A stretch of DNA of 63,290 nucleotides, the filler included, from Reticulomyxa filosa (Eukaryota > Protista > Foraminifera), in NCBI GenBank assembly GCA_000512085.1. It is 23 parts of 23 records of this genome, joined end to end, with 100 filler letters (N's around TTAATTAATTAA, not from the genome) between each part and the next. Parts side by side here need not be neighbours in the genome. Positions count along the whole stretch, not along the records: positions 50,185 to 52,361 come from ASPP01009830.1; positions 52,462 to 55,852 come from ASPP01000554.1; positions 55,953 to 59,289 come from ASPP01007512.1; positions 59,390 to 61,512 come from ASPP01006556.1; positions 61,613 to 63,290 come from ASPP01012493.1; 18 more parts are not named here. One strand, given 5' to 3'. The translations under genes were made by a program, and so were the position numbers. A model generated the notes under the pieces. The model was not told the origin of the DNA. It saw only the letters and a program-made list of their open reading frames with translations, and made no database searches. Positions 50,218 to 63,200 of the stretch are shown piece by piece. Each line of letters opens with the position of its first letter. Position 1 is the stretch's first letter.

Positions 50218-52325
50218 TTGCATATTGTCCAATATACAACAATAAAGATCGAGGAAGAGAACAAAAATTATGAAGTCGAAATTGCACAGAAATTGGAAAG
50301 GGGGAGACGCAAACTAATAAGAATTGGACACAATCGCTATTCCAGCGGCGAGTTGGTTGGGCCGCAGCTATTTCAGCAACATCAGCAGCCACAACAGTCA
50401 CAAGACTTGAAGTCTACACAAAAAAAACTCATGTTCAACTTGCAAGTCGCCTCCGGAAAGACTTCGAATCAAGACGCGGTGACAGACCCCAATCAAGAAG
50501 TTCATGCGCCAAGGGAGGACACACCTTCCAATACACCTATGGATGAGCCTTTGGCAAGCGTGGACGTGAATGAACAAGAGCTGGCGGTAGTGTCCCCAGT
50601 GGATCCCACCAATTATGCCGATATTATTCATACCACATTTGTAGAGCTTTTGTCGTTGTTAGATTTTATCACCGATATGTTTGTGCTGATGATGTTTATC
50701 CAAATTCGCCATCAACTGTGGGCAAGTTATATCTCAATTATCCCTAATTGTGTTTTTGTTGTTTGTTCATTTATGTGTTTTGATGATATGTATATATTTG
50801 TATATCTGATGCTGAGGCGGGCAAAATAAAAACAAACATACAATGAGGCATTATGATACTCTCTATAATTGCGCCTTATCTCGTATCGTATACTGCTTTC
50901 GGCAGTTTGCTTCAACGCACACAACCACGTGACTTTGACAAAGCCACGGACCCTCATGAACCGAAACAAAAACCGAATAGTGAAAACAGCAGTAAAATAA
51001 AATGGATTGTGCAAACGGTGCTTACTCTTGGCCTAATGACGCCTTTGTCCATTATCTATTTTGTCATCATTGACGCTCTGTTTATACTTTTGGAAACGTT
51101 GGCGTTGTTCGCCAATCTACTCTCTCGTGGAAGATATGCAGAAAAAGTCAAAGATCTTTCCTTTGCTGTTTTGCAAAAAATGTTGGGCTTGACTTATATG
51201 GAAGCCATTGGCTATCGCAGGTTTTTTGTTTGTTTGTTTTTTTATTATTATTATTGTAATTTATTGCCAAAGGTGTGACAATATATTTATGATGATGAGG
51301 ACATTAAAAACATTAATTAAAAAATAAAATAAAAAAAAGATGTCGTACTCTGTCTCAACTAATGTTCGAGTCAGTGCCACAATTAATCCTACAAATCCAA
51401 GTGCTATACGACATAAGAAATCATGGGATCAGTGATCCGACAGTGAAACACAAACTGTTGAGCCAAATTAATGTGTCCTATCTTATTGCTTCTGTGTTTT
51501 TTGCAGCTATTCACATCACGGTGGAATTATGGATGCTAAGCATCGAAGGTTAAAATCAAGAAAATAAAAAACTCATTTCTCTGTGTATACGTAACTGTGG
51601 TGTTGTACATGTCACAATAACAATAACAATGACAATAATAATAACAATTAGCAAATGCGGCAAGAATGCATTTGTGGGATTATATGCTATCATGCTTGGG
51701 TGGGCGTTTGGATTGGGTGCCGTTTTCACATTTGCTGAAGAATTACTCTTTCGAGGTGAGTCAGACGAGTCCGGGTTCCAGACGAAAGAAGGGTTGGAAG
51801 AGAGAGCAGAAACGCAAAGCGTCAGGACAAGACGGGATGACATCGTCCTCGGAATATTTGCGCACGTTATTGACATTGGGGTACGACCCAAATGCCGTGG
51901 CAAATAACGACGACAATAATCCAGCAGATATCAAGCACATTGTCACCGATAGCAATGGCATGTGCTACATGGTACTCAATTTTGAACATCTGATTAGCAC
52001 GATGCTATGCGGCAAAAGGTTCTACCGCTTGGAATTTCAATTCAGTGATATGGCCTTGCGCAAGCTCATCGAGCTCATTTACTCCATCCCTTACCACGAA
52101 GATGAAACCACCGAGTCCGTCATGAATTTGTTCCAAAAAACAGGTTCCAATTCGAGCTTCGGCTTCGATGCGAAACTGAGTGTCCCTTTGCTGATTGACA
52201 GTGATCAAAGCAATTCAAAAAAAGACATTACATATGGCAAGCCCATTTTAGTCTTTGGTCCAAACTGTTGCAAAAATGTACATTTGTCTATACTAAAAGA
52301 TTTGAATACTGCCGCGTGGGGACGG
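50218..52325 (+). CDS. Multi-pass membrane protein with XK-related motifs, partial, spliced
   Basis: LLDFITDMFVL, several TM helices and RTLSQLMFESVPQLILQ (compare the XK-family ES.PQL.LQ motif). Confidence 0.6.
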
Positions 52326-52329
52326 TTTG

Positions 52330-52360
<31 letters not shown>

Positions 52361-52461
52361 TNNNNNNNNNNNNNNNNNNNNNNNNNNNNNNNNNNNNNNN
52401 NNNNNTTAATTAATTAANNNNNNNNNNNNNNNNNNNNNNNNNNNNNNNNNNNNNNNNNNNN

Positions 52462-53642
52462 AATAGACTGATGATCATGGACCTGCTTGCATATTGGTAT
52501 TTGCAACGTTGATCTCATATCTTGATCGATTTACAATCACTATCTGAATCAAAGTCGGGTTAATTGATTGCAATAAGGGTTGTAATTGCTGGAATGCTGA
52601 CTTAATATTTGCTAATTCACGTCTTAGCAGTGAGATTTCATCAGCGATTTCTTGTTCTGCAGCATTTGATCTTTATTATTCTTTTTTCTATTGGTCCTCT
52701 TTGGTTTCTGAGATCCATTCTTAGTTTCATTTCCATTTGACCATTGTCCTTTGGCAGCATCAGTATAAGAATAATTCTTTGGCTCACATTTGATTTAATT
52801 GGTTGAGATGCCTTTTTCTTCAGGAATGCATCTTCCTTACTTGTCAATTTAATATCAAGCTTTTCTCTTGCTTTGCGAATCAAATCACATTGCAATGAAT
52901 CGCTTGGGTGCTGCTTTCGGCATAAAATGCATTTGTGTTTACTTGGATTATTCTTGTGTCGGCATTTTGCCGCTTCATAATTTCTTTTGTCAAATGATTC
53001 CACTTTCACCGAATATCCAATCTGAATATCATTGTATTTCAATATTTTGACGACATCTTCAGTCTTGGATAGAAGCACTTTGACAATTGGCATCTTATGT
53101 AATCGTTTTATTCTTGTATTTGATATCTATAATCTTCCAATTCTCCTTGATTTTGCACTAGCTTTCGCGAGTTGATACTCCTCCAAGCAGGACATATCTA
53201 TTCACTTCAGGATTAGTCACTGTTTCTTCACGCTTTTTCTTTTGTTCAGCAGCGAATGTCTTTCGATAATCTTTTTGTTCCATTTGTCCATCATTGAAAT
53301 TTTGAGCTAGATGAATTAGTTGCTGCTCATTAACATCAACTACAAAATGTACGGAAATTTCCAGAAAATGTATGCGCTAATACTTTTCTGGACTATAATA
53401 CAACTTGAAATGTCGATGATTGATGCTTTGCTTTCTTTGCAATTTCATCATTTAATCCATCATCTGGAGTCTTTCGTTTTATGGCTATTCGCCTCGTGCC
53501 ATTTGTGTCGATGTCAATGTCTTTATTTGACGTCATTTTGGATTGTCGTTGCTTGTTTCTGGTATCAGGCATATCAATAATATATCCAATTCAATTTCCA
53601 ACTCCATATCCATTTCCAATGCCACCATGCATACCAGCATTG
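52462..53642 (-). mobile_element. Decayed non-LTR-retrotransposon ORF1/gag-like sequence
   Basis: Zn-knuckle-like AKC..HKCILCRKQHPSDSLQC followed by a coiled stretch; many stops and frameshifts upstream; intronless. Confidence 0.5.
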
Positions 53643-55842
53643 ATGGAGCAACATCAAAATTCCTCACGCAATTTTGGATCATGCTTTCCTTGAAGGAACC
53701 AATTTTAGCAATGCCAATTTGAATAATGTTAGTTTTTATCAAACTTGTCTAAACAAAACTGATTTCACAAACGCATCAATGAATGGTATTTATTTTGGAG
53801 AATATGCTTATTTGCAAGGACATTCATCTAATGTAACATGTGTTCAATTTTCTCATGATGGATCTAAAATTGTGTTATGTTCACGCGATAAAACGATTCG
53901 ATTATGGGATATATTATCAGGCCAGCAAATACAAATATACGAAGGACACACACATTTTGTAAATGCAATATATTTTTCACCTGATGGCTCAAAAATTATT
54001 TCGTGCGCATGGGACAACACAATTCGAATATGGGACGTATTTTCTGGAAAACAAATTTATGTATTAAATGGACATTTGGATAGCGTCATTGGAATACTAT
54101 TTTCACCAGATGGCTCCAAGATTATTTCATATTCAAATGATAAAACAATTCGTGTATGGGATGTGTTATCCGGAAAGCAGCTCCAAGTATTGGAAGGACA
54201 CTCAAAGGATGTACTTGGAGTACAATTTGCATCAAATAGATCACAAATTTTATCATGTTCAGAAGATAAAACTATCCGAGTCTGGGATTTATCTTCAGGA
54301 CAACAAGTTCAAGTATTGGAAGGACATACTTCCGGTATAAATGGAATTCAATTATCGGCAGATGGTTCAACACTCTTGTCATATTCATGGGATAACACTC
54401 TTCGAATATGGAATTTATTATCTGGAAAACAAATCCAAGTGTTGGAAGGACATTCAGATAATATAAAGACAGCAAAGCTTTCACCTGATTGTTCTAGGGT
54501 TATTTCTGGCTCAGTTGATAAAACAGTTCGTATTTGGGATGTGTCATCTGGAAAACAGCTTCAAGTATTGGAAGGGCATGCAGATACTGTAAACGGAGTA
54601 GAATTTTTTCCAAAGGATCCCAAAATTTTATCATATTCAGAAGATGGAACTATTCGTATATGGGACATAGGCATCGAAAGAAAAATTCGATTAACAGAAG
54701 GACATTTTGATAGTATAGCAGATGCACAATTTTCGCCAGATAATTCTAAAATTGTGTCATGTTCATTGGATAAGACTATTCGATTGTGGGATATACAATC
54801 AGAAAGACAAATACATATATTTGAAGGACACACGAATTATGTTCGTGGTGTAATATTTTCAAGAGACGGTTTGAACGTTATATCTTATTCAGATGATAAA
54901 ACAATTCGAATATGGGATGTATTATCTGAAAAACAGCTACGAGTATTAGAAGGACATTCACAAAATATCAATCGAGTTCGACTTTCTCCTGATGGTTATA
55001 AAATTTTATCTTGTTCTAATGATAAAACCGTTCGAATATGGGATATAGTATCAGGAAAGCAACTGCATGTATTAGAAGGGCATTTGGACTATGTAAATGG
55101 GGCAAGATTTACTCCAGATGCTTCGAAACTCATGTCTTATTCTCGTGATAAAACTATTAAATTATGGGATGTATTTTCTGGTAAATTACTTCAAACATTT
55201 GAAGGACATAAAGGAGATATAAAGAGTGCATACTTTTCGTACGATGGATGTACCATTGTGTCAGGCTCTATGGATGGAATAATTCTAATATGGGATGTAT
55301 TATCTGGAAAACAGCTACTAATGTTGAAAGGACATTCAACTTTAATAACTGGGGTCCAATTTTCTCCAGATAATTCCAAAATCATATCATATTCATCTGA
55401 TAAAACAATTCGATTATGGGATATGTTATCTGGAAAACAATTACAAGTGTTTTCAGGACATTTACATGTTGTATGGGCACAATTTTCACACAATGGTTCT
55501 AAAATTATATCATATTCATCGGATAAAACTGTCAGAATATGGGACGTATCTTTAGGAAAACAAATTCAATTATTAGAAGGACACACCGGATTTGTATTTG
55601 GAACGCAATTATCGCCAGATGGCTCAAAACTTGTGTCATGTTCAGAAGATAGAACAATTCGATTATGGGGCTGTGACAATTGTAAAATAGATGATGTAAA
55701 TGAAACTAATTTGGTGAAATGCATTTGGCAAGGAGGCACTCAGCGTTTTGGTTTATCGATGAAAGGCAGTATTTGGAAGAATACAAACGGCTTAACATCT
55801 CAACAAAAACTACTTGTGAGACAACGTAATGGAAAAATTTGA
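53643..55842 (+). CDS. Pentapeptide + 15 WD40 repeat protein (C-terminal part of an NLR/NACHT-like architecture), 5'-truncated
   Basis: WSNIKIPHAILDHAFLEGTNFSNANL..TDFTNASM pentapeptide repeats, then 15 highly regular ~42-aa GH..FSPDGSKI.S.S.DKTIR.WD repeats; intronless. Confidence 0.9.
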
Positions 55843-57547
55843 TCTTTTTTTTNNNNNNNNNNNNNNNNNNNNNNNNNNNNNNNNNNNNNNNNNNNNTTAA
55901 TTAATTAANNNNNNNNNNNNNNNNNNNNNNNNNNNNNNNNNNNNNNNNNNNNATATATATATATATATATATATGCATATATATACATATATGTATTGTA
56001 TTTTTATATAAAAGTGTAAACGACATTTTGATTCAACAATGTAGCTGTAGTCTGCTCAATCACAACTGATACGCTACCATTGCTTTGTTCAAGCTGTTCT
56101 CTCAGCACATCTTCTTTAATCACGTCGTCGTATAATTTTACGAATGTCTTCATTTCCGCTTCATATTTTTGTGTCTTTGGCTCATCTTGCATACCTCCTA
56201 CAAGTCTTGCACGTAATTCGCTAACATGTGACAACGCATTTGCACCATTGTGCGCGAGCATAAGCGTTACTTCTTGATTCTAATCAAGCGACATATACAC
56301 AAATTGATCATAATATATCTTTTTTTTTTTAAAATAGGAAAAAAAAAAAAAAAAAAAAAAGTAAATACAAAAATTATGTAATCTTATCCAAACTTTATTA
56401 CACATATCATCTCGTGCTCCTGCAAGTAGTGTGCCATCACTAGACTCAAATTTGTTGATGTCTAGTCGCATCAACATAGCTGTTTTACCTTTTTTTTAAG
56501 TAGTTTTTTTTTTGCTAAAAAAAAAAAGTAACGTAAATATACAGATGTGTGTATACATTCTTTATAAATCCTATCAAGTAATTGTTCACAATTTACACTA
56601 AATTTCCATACGTCCTTACTTTGCGAGCAATTAATGTTGTCTTTTTTTTTAAGTGATTTTTTCTTTATTGTTGAGGCATAAAGAAAAAAAAAAAGAAATA
56701 CATTTCAAATTGTTCTAACTTGATTGTCTTTTGAATGAAAATGTCATGGTTAAGGGAATAAAAAAGATTGATGTTTTGGTCTTGACAGTAATTAAAGATG
56801 AAAGGCAGATCAAATTTAAAGAGAATTTTTTATGAATAAAGAAAACACACTGAAGCTGTTATTAACTGCCAGAAGCAAATTGCTATGTTTTATTTGAACT
56901 GATTAATAAATATTTTAAACAACAAAATATTGAATACATAACAATAAAGAAAGTATAATTGAATTGCTTTAACCAGGTTTAAAAAGAAAAAATGCGTTAA
57001 TTTAAAGTAAAAAATGAAACTATTACCAAATCTCTGCCGATAATTTTTATTTATCTTTTCTCAGAATAATTTGTCTTTTTACGCATAGCCTCACAATAAG
57101 GATTTCGTGTTTGTGAATTTTTTAAATAATATAGTTCCAAAAAAACTCAATGGAAAAATAACAAATTGAAAAATAATTCTATCAGTAAAAAAAATCTTAT
57201 AAAATCCTTGAACCGTTGGTACTGCACTTATGCTTGTCTTCCGTGCAGTATTATCTGGTAACTTTGAATGAACAAAAAAAAAATCAATATATTTTGGTTG
57301 TAAATATAGGATGCCTTTGAGATACACAAGATCTGATAGGAGGAGAAAAAGGTAAACATTAAAAAATAAGGTTATTTAAAACGATAAAGTAAAACTCTAT
57401 CATTACTTGATTATAAAACTTTTAATTCTGGTCTTTTCACAAATCGTGTTGTAAGACTGGAGCGAAATTTCTAAAAATTCGTCAAAGTCCCTTTTTTTTT
57501 TTTGGAACAAAAACTTAGAGAAAATTCAATTGATTTATGTTTTAGAA

Positions 57548-59002
57548 ATGTCTTCATATAAAGCGTGCGTGAATGATGGAGGAAAAGTGCATACAATAAT
57601 ATTGCCCGACTTGACAATGGAAAGTCTGAGACAACAAATCCTCCAAGCCACTCAGTCAGCACAGACAAATAATGTATTGATAACAATCACTGATGGAAAT
57701 GATGGCTATATAGAAGCTGATGAAGACGTGATTAATGCATTTAAAAGTGATACTGTGTATTTCACTGTCCACTTTCAATCAGGTTTTGTGACAATACGGA
57801 GCGTCTATTAATCTGAAAAATGGACTTTGGTTTCAAAGACAAACAACGATTGATATCAAATAGGGGATATTTCAAAATTGAACAGGAAAAAAAGCATTCC
57901 AGAAGCGTTGGATTTTAAAAGACATTGGAACAGGCAATGGAGAAAAGCAAATGTGGAAGCAGCAAAAACAGTTGAACAGATGATGTGTAATAATGAAAAG
58001 GGATTGATTATTGTTGCATATAAAGCATTCAAAGGAAGAAATAGAGATGGTAATTTGTCCCCCATTGTTGATTTGGTAATGAATGAGAAAGAGGATATTA
58101 GAGATTTTAAAGAATATTGTATGTACACAATAAAAAGGAAATTGATTGTATTAGAACACATAAATATTGATGGAAGCGTATATGTTGTGGATTGCAAATT
58201 TGAATGCAAAAAGCAGGTAAACATTACAACACAAATGTTTGTCACAAAAGATGCAATAATCAATGAGCAATTAAAACAATCCATTTCTCCAATTCCATGG
58301 AATACTGAAATACATTGTAATATTCCAACACAATTTCAAGAGCTCGAAAACAAAAAAGAAGAATGCACACAACAAAATTTGTTTGATGAATCCATCATGC
58401 ATTTGCACAAATATTTGCAAATTGCAATCGATATTTTTGGTTTTAATCATCATTACGTTGCCTTTGCTTACAATATGATTGGAAATGTCTACAATGACAA
58501 TAAGGGACAAACCGAAAAAGCACTTGAATTTTATATAAAGTCATTGAAGCTTACATTGAATATTTTTGGAGTTTATTGCAATTTCGTTGCTCAATTGTAT
58601 GAAAATATAGGAAGCGTTTATGTCAAAAAAATGTGTTATGATAAAGTCATTGAGTATTATGAAATGTCTTTGAAGATTCGAGTAAAAATCTTTAACAAAA
58701 ACCACATTGAAATTGGGCGATTGTACACAAAGTTGGGAATTGCTTATGAAGAAAAGGAATTGAATAATAAGGCAATCGAATGCTATGAAAATTCTCTGAC
58801 AATAGCCAAGATACTATCCGGAAATACAAATCGAGATGTTGCTGATTCATTTTGGAATTTGGGACTTGTATTTACAAGGCTAGGCAACTCTACAATTGCA
58901 AACAAGTACTTTGAAGAAGCATGGAAGATATACAGTATGGTGTTGGGAGAATGGGATAAAGAAACATTACAGGCAAAATGGAAAATACAACATTTTAAAT
59001 AA
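57548..59002 (+). CDS. TPR-repeat protein with small N-terminal PB1/ubiquitin-like module, spliced
   Basis: Kinesin-light-chain-like 42-aa TPRs (VAFAYNMIGNVY..KALEFYIKSL; LYENIGSVY..YYEMSL; LYTKLGIAY..CYENSL); first exon 57548-~57782. Confidence 0.8.
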
Positions 59003-59389
59003 ATGTGTTTTATGTGAAAATAAAACCAAAAAAATTCTTTGTAATATCGACATCCTTTTTTTTATAAAAAAAACAAAAACAAGAAATGGCAGACATCAAA
59101 GTAATTAGCCAGCGTGTTTCTTGCTGAATTTTTGTTCTTTTTTCAACAGAAAAGAATACTGTTTGATGTAAGTCACTGGCTAATATTTGATACCCTCCTT
59201 TCTTATCTTCAACGTTTTTTCAATTTCTTTATTGTGCTACGATTTGCTGTATTTAAGAAATGTGACAACATTTTTACTAAAAAAAAGACNNNNNNNNNNN
59301 NNNNNNNNNNNNNNNNNNNNNNNNNNNNNNNNNTTAATTAATTAANNNNNNNNNNNNNNNNNNNNNNNNNNNNNNNNNNNNNNNNNNNN

Positions 59390-61389
59390 CATCAATTTGT
59401 TTTGCTCCACGTTCCAACAAATAACCGACAATTTTGTCAAATCCACCTGCCGCCGCATACATCAAAGGAGTCTTTTTCCACTGTGATTTACATTATTATT
59501 TATTATTATTATTATTATTTTCCAAATCACGGAGTTGACAAAATAAAGAATACATTGTAATGAGTAAATGAATATATAAACAAAACAAACAAAGGGGGGG
59601 GGGGGAAATAACAACAAATGAAGACCTTGTCACCTGCTCCAACCAATGTGGCCTCGTGTTGCAATAGTATCTTGATGCACTTCAAAGCGTTACTTTGGCA
59701 TCCATGAATCAATGGGGTTCGACCAAACTATGGAGTGTATAAAGTGGAGTCTGTTTTACAGCCTTCAAGCAATGGGGCAAAAAGGGGAACAAGCGTAACA
59801 GTGTCTCTGGCGTTGGGATTGGCTCCATGTTTGAGCAGCAACTTTGTGACTTCTTCAAAATCAAAGGCTAAGCTAACCATTAAAGCAGTCGCTCTCGTGT
59901 TTTTGTCTTCATCACGAGATATTTGCACAGTATCGACCGGGAAACCAGTTTTCAACATTTCCAGCATTCGTCCGTAGTCGCCTTGGGAAGCTGCTTCAAA
60001 CCATTGATTTGACACATTCTTATTTTGTTCTCCCAATCACATTAAGTATATATGTGGATATGAACACAAATCAATTACCAATTCATAGAAGAAAAGAGAA
60101 AAGAGAAAAGAGAAAAAGATGTCAAATATCGTGTACACACACACACACACATTACACACAAAATTAAAGACATGGACATATAAAACATGAAATGTGTCAT
60201 TTGAATAGACTTTGCTGATACATGTTTGAAATCGCTTTCAGACATCAACTGGTCAATTCTAAACATTATATACAAAAGAAACTTTGAAAGAGTCATATGA
60301 CATGTATACAATGCAAGTGACAAACATATTGGAAACACATTAAAAACATACAATGGCCCGACACAATTTTTGCCTTTGGATCTGGCTCGTTGTAAAGACA
60401 AGTCTGCTTTTTGAATCCAGTCTGCAGGACTACGATCATATTGTTGTTGTTGTTGTTGTTGTTGTTGCGAATTGTCTCCTTTGTCAAGTGTGTCCGACTG
60501 TTTGCGCAATAAGCTAATGCCAATGGAAATGGTCAGCCATACTTTTGCAGTGTTGGTTGGACCGTCCCAAACGAGTCGATAGGATCGAGTTTTGGAGTGA
60601 CTTCTGGTTTTTATCTCCTCTGTCGTCGTTGGCGGCACAAGCATTGTTGTTTGACTCTCTTTATCCGAAGCACTGCCGGAAAGAGTGAGCTTCGACAGGC
60701 GATTTTTGTCAAGGTCCAATGTAATTGCAGATTGCTGCAAATGCGAAATTATAGCGCCACTCACCGCCAAAAGTTGTTCAGAGGCTTTTCAAGTGCAAAA
60801 GCAAGCAAAAGAGATGAAACATGTATACATACATATACATGTACATATATATATATATGTACATATATATACAAACGAAACATTCAACAGGTAACACCAA
60901 AGCAAATAAATCCAAATCCAAATGAAACAGCTTTTGATTTTCATTGGAAATTTTGGAATGAAGCAATCCCGACACATGCTGCAAGAACTGATCTCGGACG
61001 GAAATGCCGCCCAATTGGTCGGTTGCGTCTTGGAAGTCGTCGATGGACATAAGAAGCAGCCCCCACTCGTGCGCATCGTCGGCGTCGGGGAGAAGTCCCA
61101 GCGGATCCAACTCTTTGGTGTGCTTGGCCATGTCCGGGTCATCGATCCCAAACACATCGTCGTGCAGCGTGCTGTCGCTCGTCCCGCTGTCGTTCGTGCC
61201 GGAACGGATGCGAGATCGTCCAGGAGCAACCGGCGAATTCGAAGAAGACAGGTCCGGGCTTTTGGAGCCGTGCTTGTCTTGCATCGATGTGTTGTGCTTG
61301 TGTTCATTGAAGATTGTCTCGCAAGTCTGCAGAAACGCATTGTTATTGGGCAGGCCAGTGATAAAGTTGCGTGACAATGTGGCTACATC
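59390..61389 (-). CDS. Degenerate GGDEF-domain + ankyrin-repeat protein, eukaryotic spliced gene, partial at both ends
   Basis: NFITGLPNNNAF; LLLMSIDDFQDATDQLG..RDQFLQHVSGLL..LFHLDLDLFALVLP; LTISIGIS; WIQKADLSLQRARSKGKNCV. Then ankyrins (ATALMVSL..LLLKHGANPNARD, GRTPLIHG, KKTPLMYAAAGG). Introns 60785-60881 and 60259-60351 join in frame. Confidence 0.8.
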
Positions 61390-61612
61390 CTATGTATATG
61401 TATATATGTATATATGTATATATACATATATGTGTATATTGTATTATGTATATTATGTTATTGCATGTGTTACATATACACATGTTGTAGGTGTATTATA
61501 GTTTTTTTTTTTNNNNNNNNNNNNNNNNNNNNNNNNNNNNNNNNNNNNNNNNNNNNTTAATTAATTAANNNNNNNNNNNNNNNNNNNNNNNNNNNNNNNN
61601 NNNNNNNNNNNN

Positions 61613-62106
61613 GTAGTGTACGTTTTGTTTATAGGTTGACCATTTAGGGCTGCAATATCTGCAGGTATTTGGAATCCGTGTGCAAATGAATGCCTTATCA
61701 AAAGGCAGTCCTTGTAAAACTCTTTGGCAGATTCAATGTTTGGAAACTTGGCAGCCCAAAACCATGAATTACTCACGTCCAGTCCTGATACCGAGAAAAT
61801 TAGTCCATGAACCTTATCCCAAGATGGCGTATTGAGTGCTTGGGTTTCATTTTTAACAATAAATTCGAATTGCTGTATTAGAGGCCATGGTTTTTTATCA
61901 GGCTTTGTATTTTCGATATATTCCACTAGTATCTTTTCTACAAAGCCCTCCCATGCGCCTATTGCACATGCAATTGCTGCTTTTAGGCATATTTCTGAAA
62001 TTGTACTTTGTGGATATTTGCCGCCTAGCTTTGCGGAATGGGATTTAAAGAGTATTTCCGCTTCGATCATATTGACCAGGAAAGTTTGGTGTGCTTTTGA
62101 CGACAT
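61613..62106 (-). CDS. HEPN-domain protein (RiboL-PSP-HEPN-like), 3'-partial, bacterial
   Basis: AAIACAIGAWEGFVE (conserved N-terminal Glu helix), LNTPSWDKV..LI..SG..W.W and RHSFAH (Rx4H RNase motif). Confidence 0.8.
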
Positions 62107-63128
62107 CTACATCCCCTTGGCCAGCTTGTTCAATTTTAGCTTGTAATTGTCAAGAGGTCCTTTGTTGAGTTGGACTTTTTTTTGTCCAATCATGTAAGGG
62201 CCTGCAGTCATTTTGTCAACCGGACGGCCTAGGCTGGATGAGACAATTGCGGCGGCGTGGTAATCGGGTATCTCGAAGAATAATTCTTCTTTCCTTCTGT
62301 TGAATATGCTGGGATTTGTATTGTGCACTTCATTGACGTAATCAATTATTTGGCTTGATTTTGCATCCCATGCATTGCTCAATTTGCTGCGATACATGGT
62401 TACCATATTGCTAACAATTGAATTTATCTTTGGCAGTGTAACGCCTTCGGTGTTTGCTTTCTTTGAAAAGCTTATTCTTGCATAAGCTTGAAGATCACTG
62501 CTTGTAATTCCATAAATCAGAGCAAGAATGTTCTCTATGCCCCTCCTTGAGCTGTCGTCTGCTGTATACGGTATTACAATACTATCGGATGCGCAAAGGC
62601 TGATCTGATTGTATATGGAAAAGCTTGGATTGCAATCTATGAATACAGTGGTTTCGGCAGGATCTTTGCTGTCGAATTCTGCACATAGGTCCTTCAGCCA
62701 GAACATCACCCTTTTCCATGAGTCCTCTGGAATTTGCATTTGCGATGCTTGCCTGATAGCCTCTGATAGCAACTCCAGTAGACTGTCGCCAGCTAGAAGG
62801 TGAATGTTTTCTGGTATTTCCTTGTTGTAAATAGATGGTTTTATCAGAAAATTTGTTGCATTGGGTGTGGCGATGAATGGTGATGTTAATCTAGATTCGA
62901 AATAGCCACCAACTGATTTTCTTGGCTTCTCCCTGTAAAGACCATCTACAATCGCTGATGATTGCTCTTTTCCTCCAAGAAGTATTTCCGTGAGATTAGC
63001 TTGCGGACATAGGTCCATGACTAGGACTCTTGTATCCCTATTGAGGCGGGCAATTCGCAGGATGCGGCGAAAGCTAAAAACGTCTTACCAACACCACCTT
63101 TGTTGTTCCAAAATGCATACGTCTTCAT
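62107..63128 (-). CDS. ParA/Soj-family ATPase, bacterial; one-base frameshift near 63053 (probable sequencing error)
   Basis: The true start MKTYAFWNNKGGVGKT (deviant Walker A) at 63128 is missed by the ORF track. Adding one base restores ..ARLNRDTRVLVMDLCPQANLTE. Also VFIDCNPS (Walker B) and IVIPYTADDSS. Confidence 0.9.
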
Positions 63129-63137
63129 TTTTTTTCC

Positions 63138-63170
63138 AAAAAAAAAGGCACACTCAGGAGTGTGCCTTTT
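63138..63170 (-). terminator. Rho-independent terminator of nrdB (potentially bidirectional)
   Basis: AAAAGGCACACTC-CT-GAGTGTGCC-T9 on the minus strand, 30 nt after the nrdB stop. Confidence 0.85.
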
Positions 63171-63200
63171 GCATAACCGCATGTCAATAAAAATGACTTA

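Noticed and set aside
53815-55670. 126-bp periodic DNA repeats
   Set aside because: Fully explained by WD40 coding repeats.
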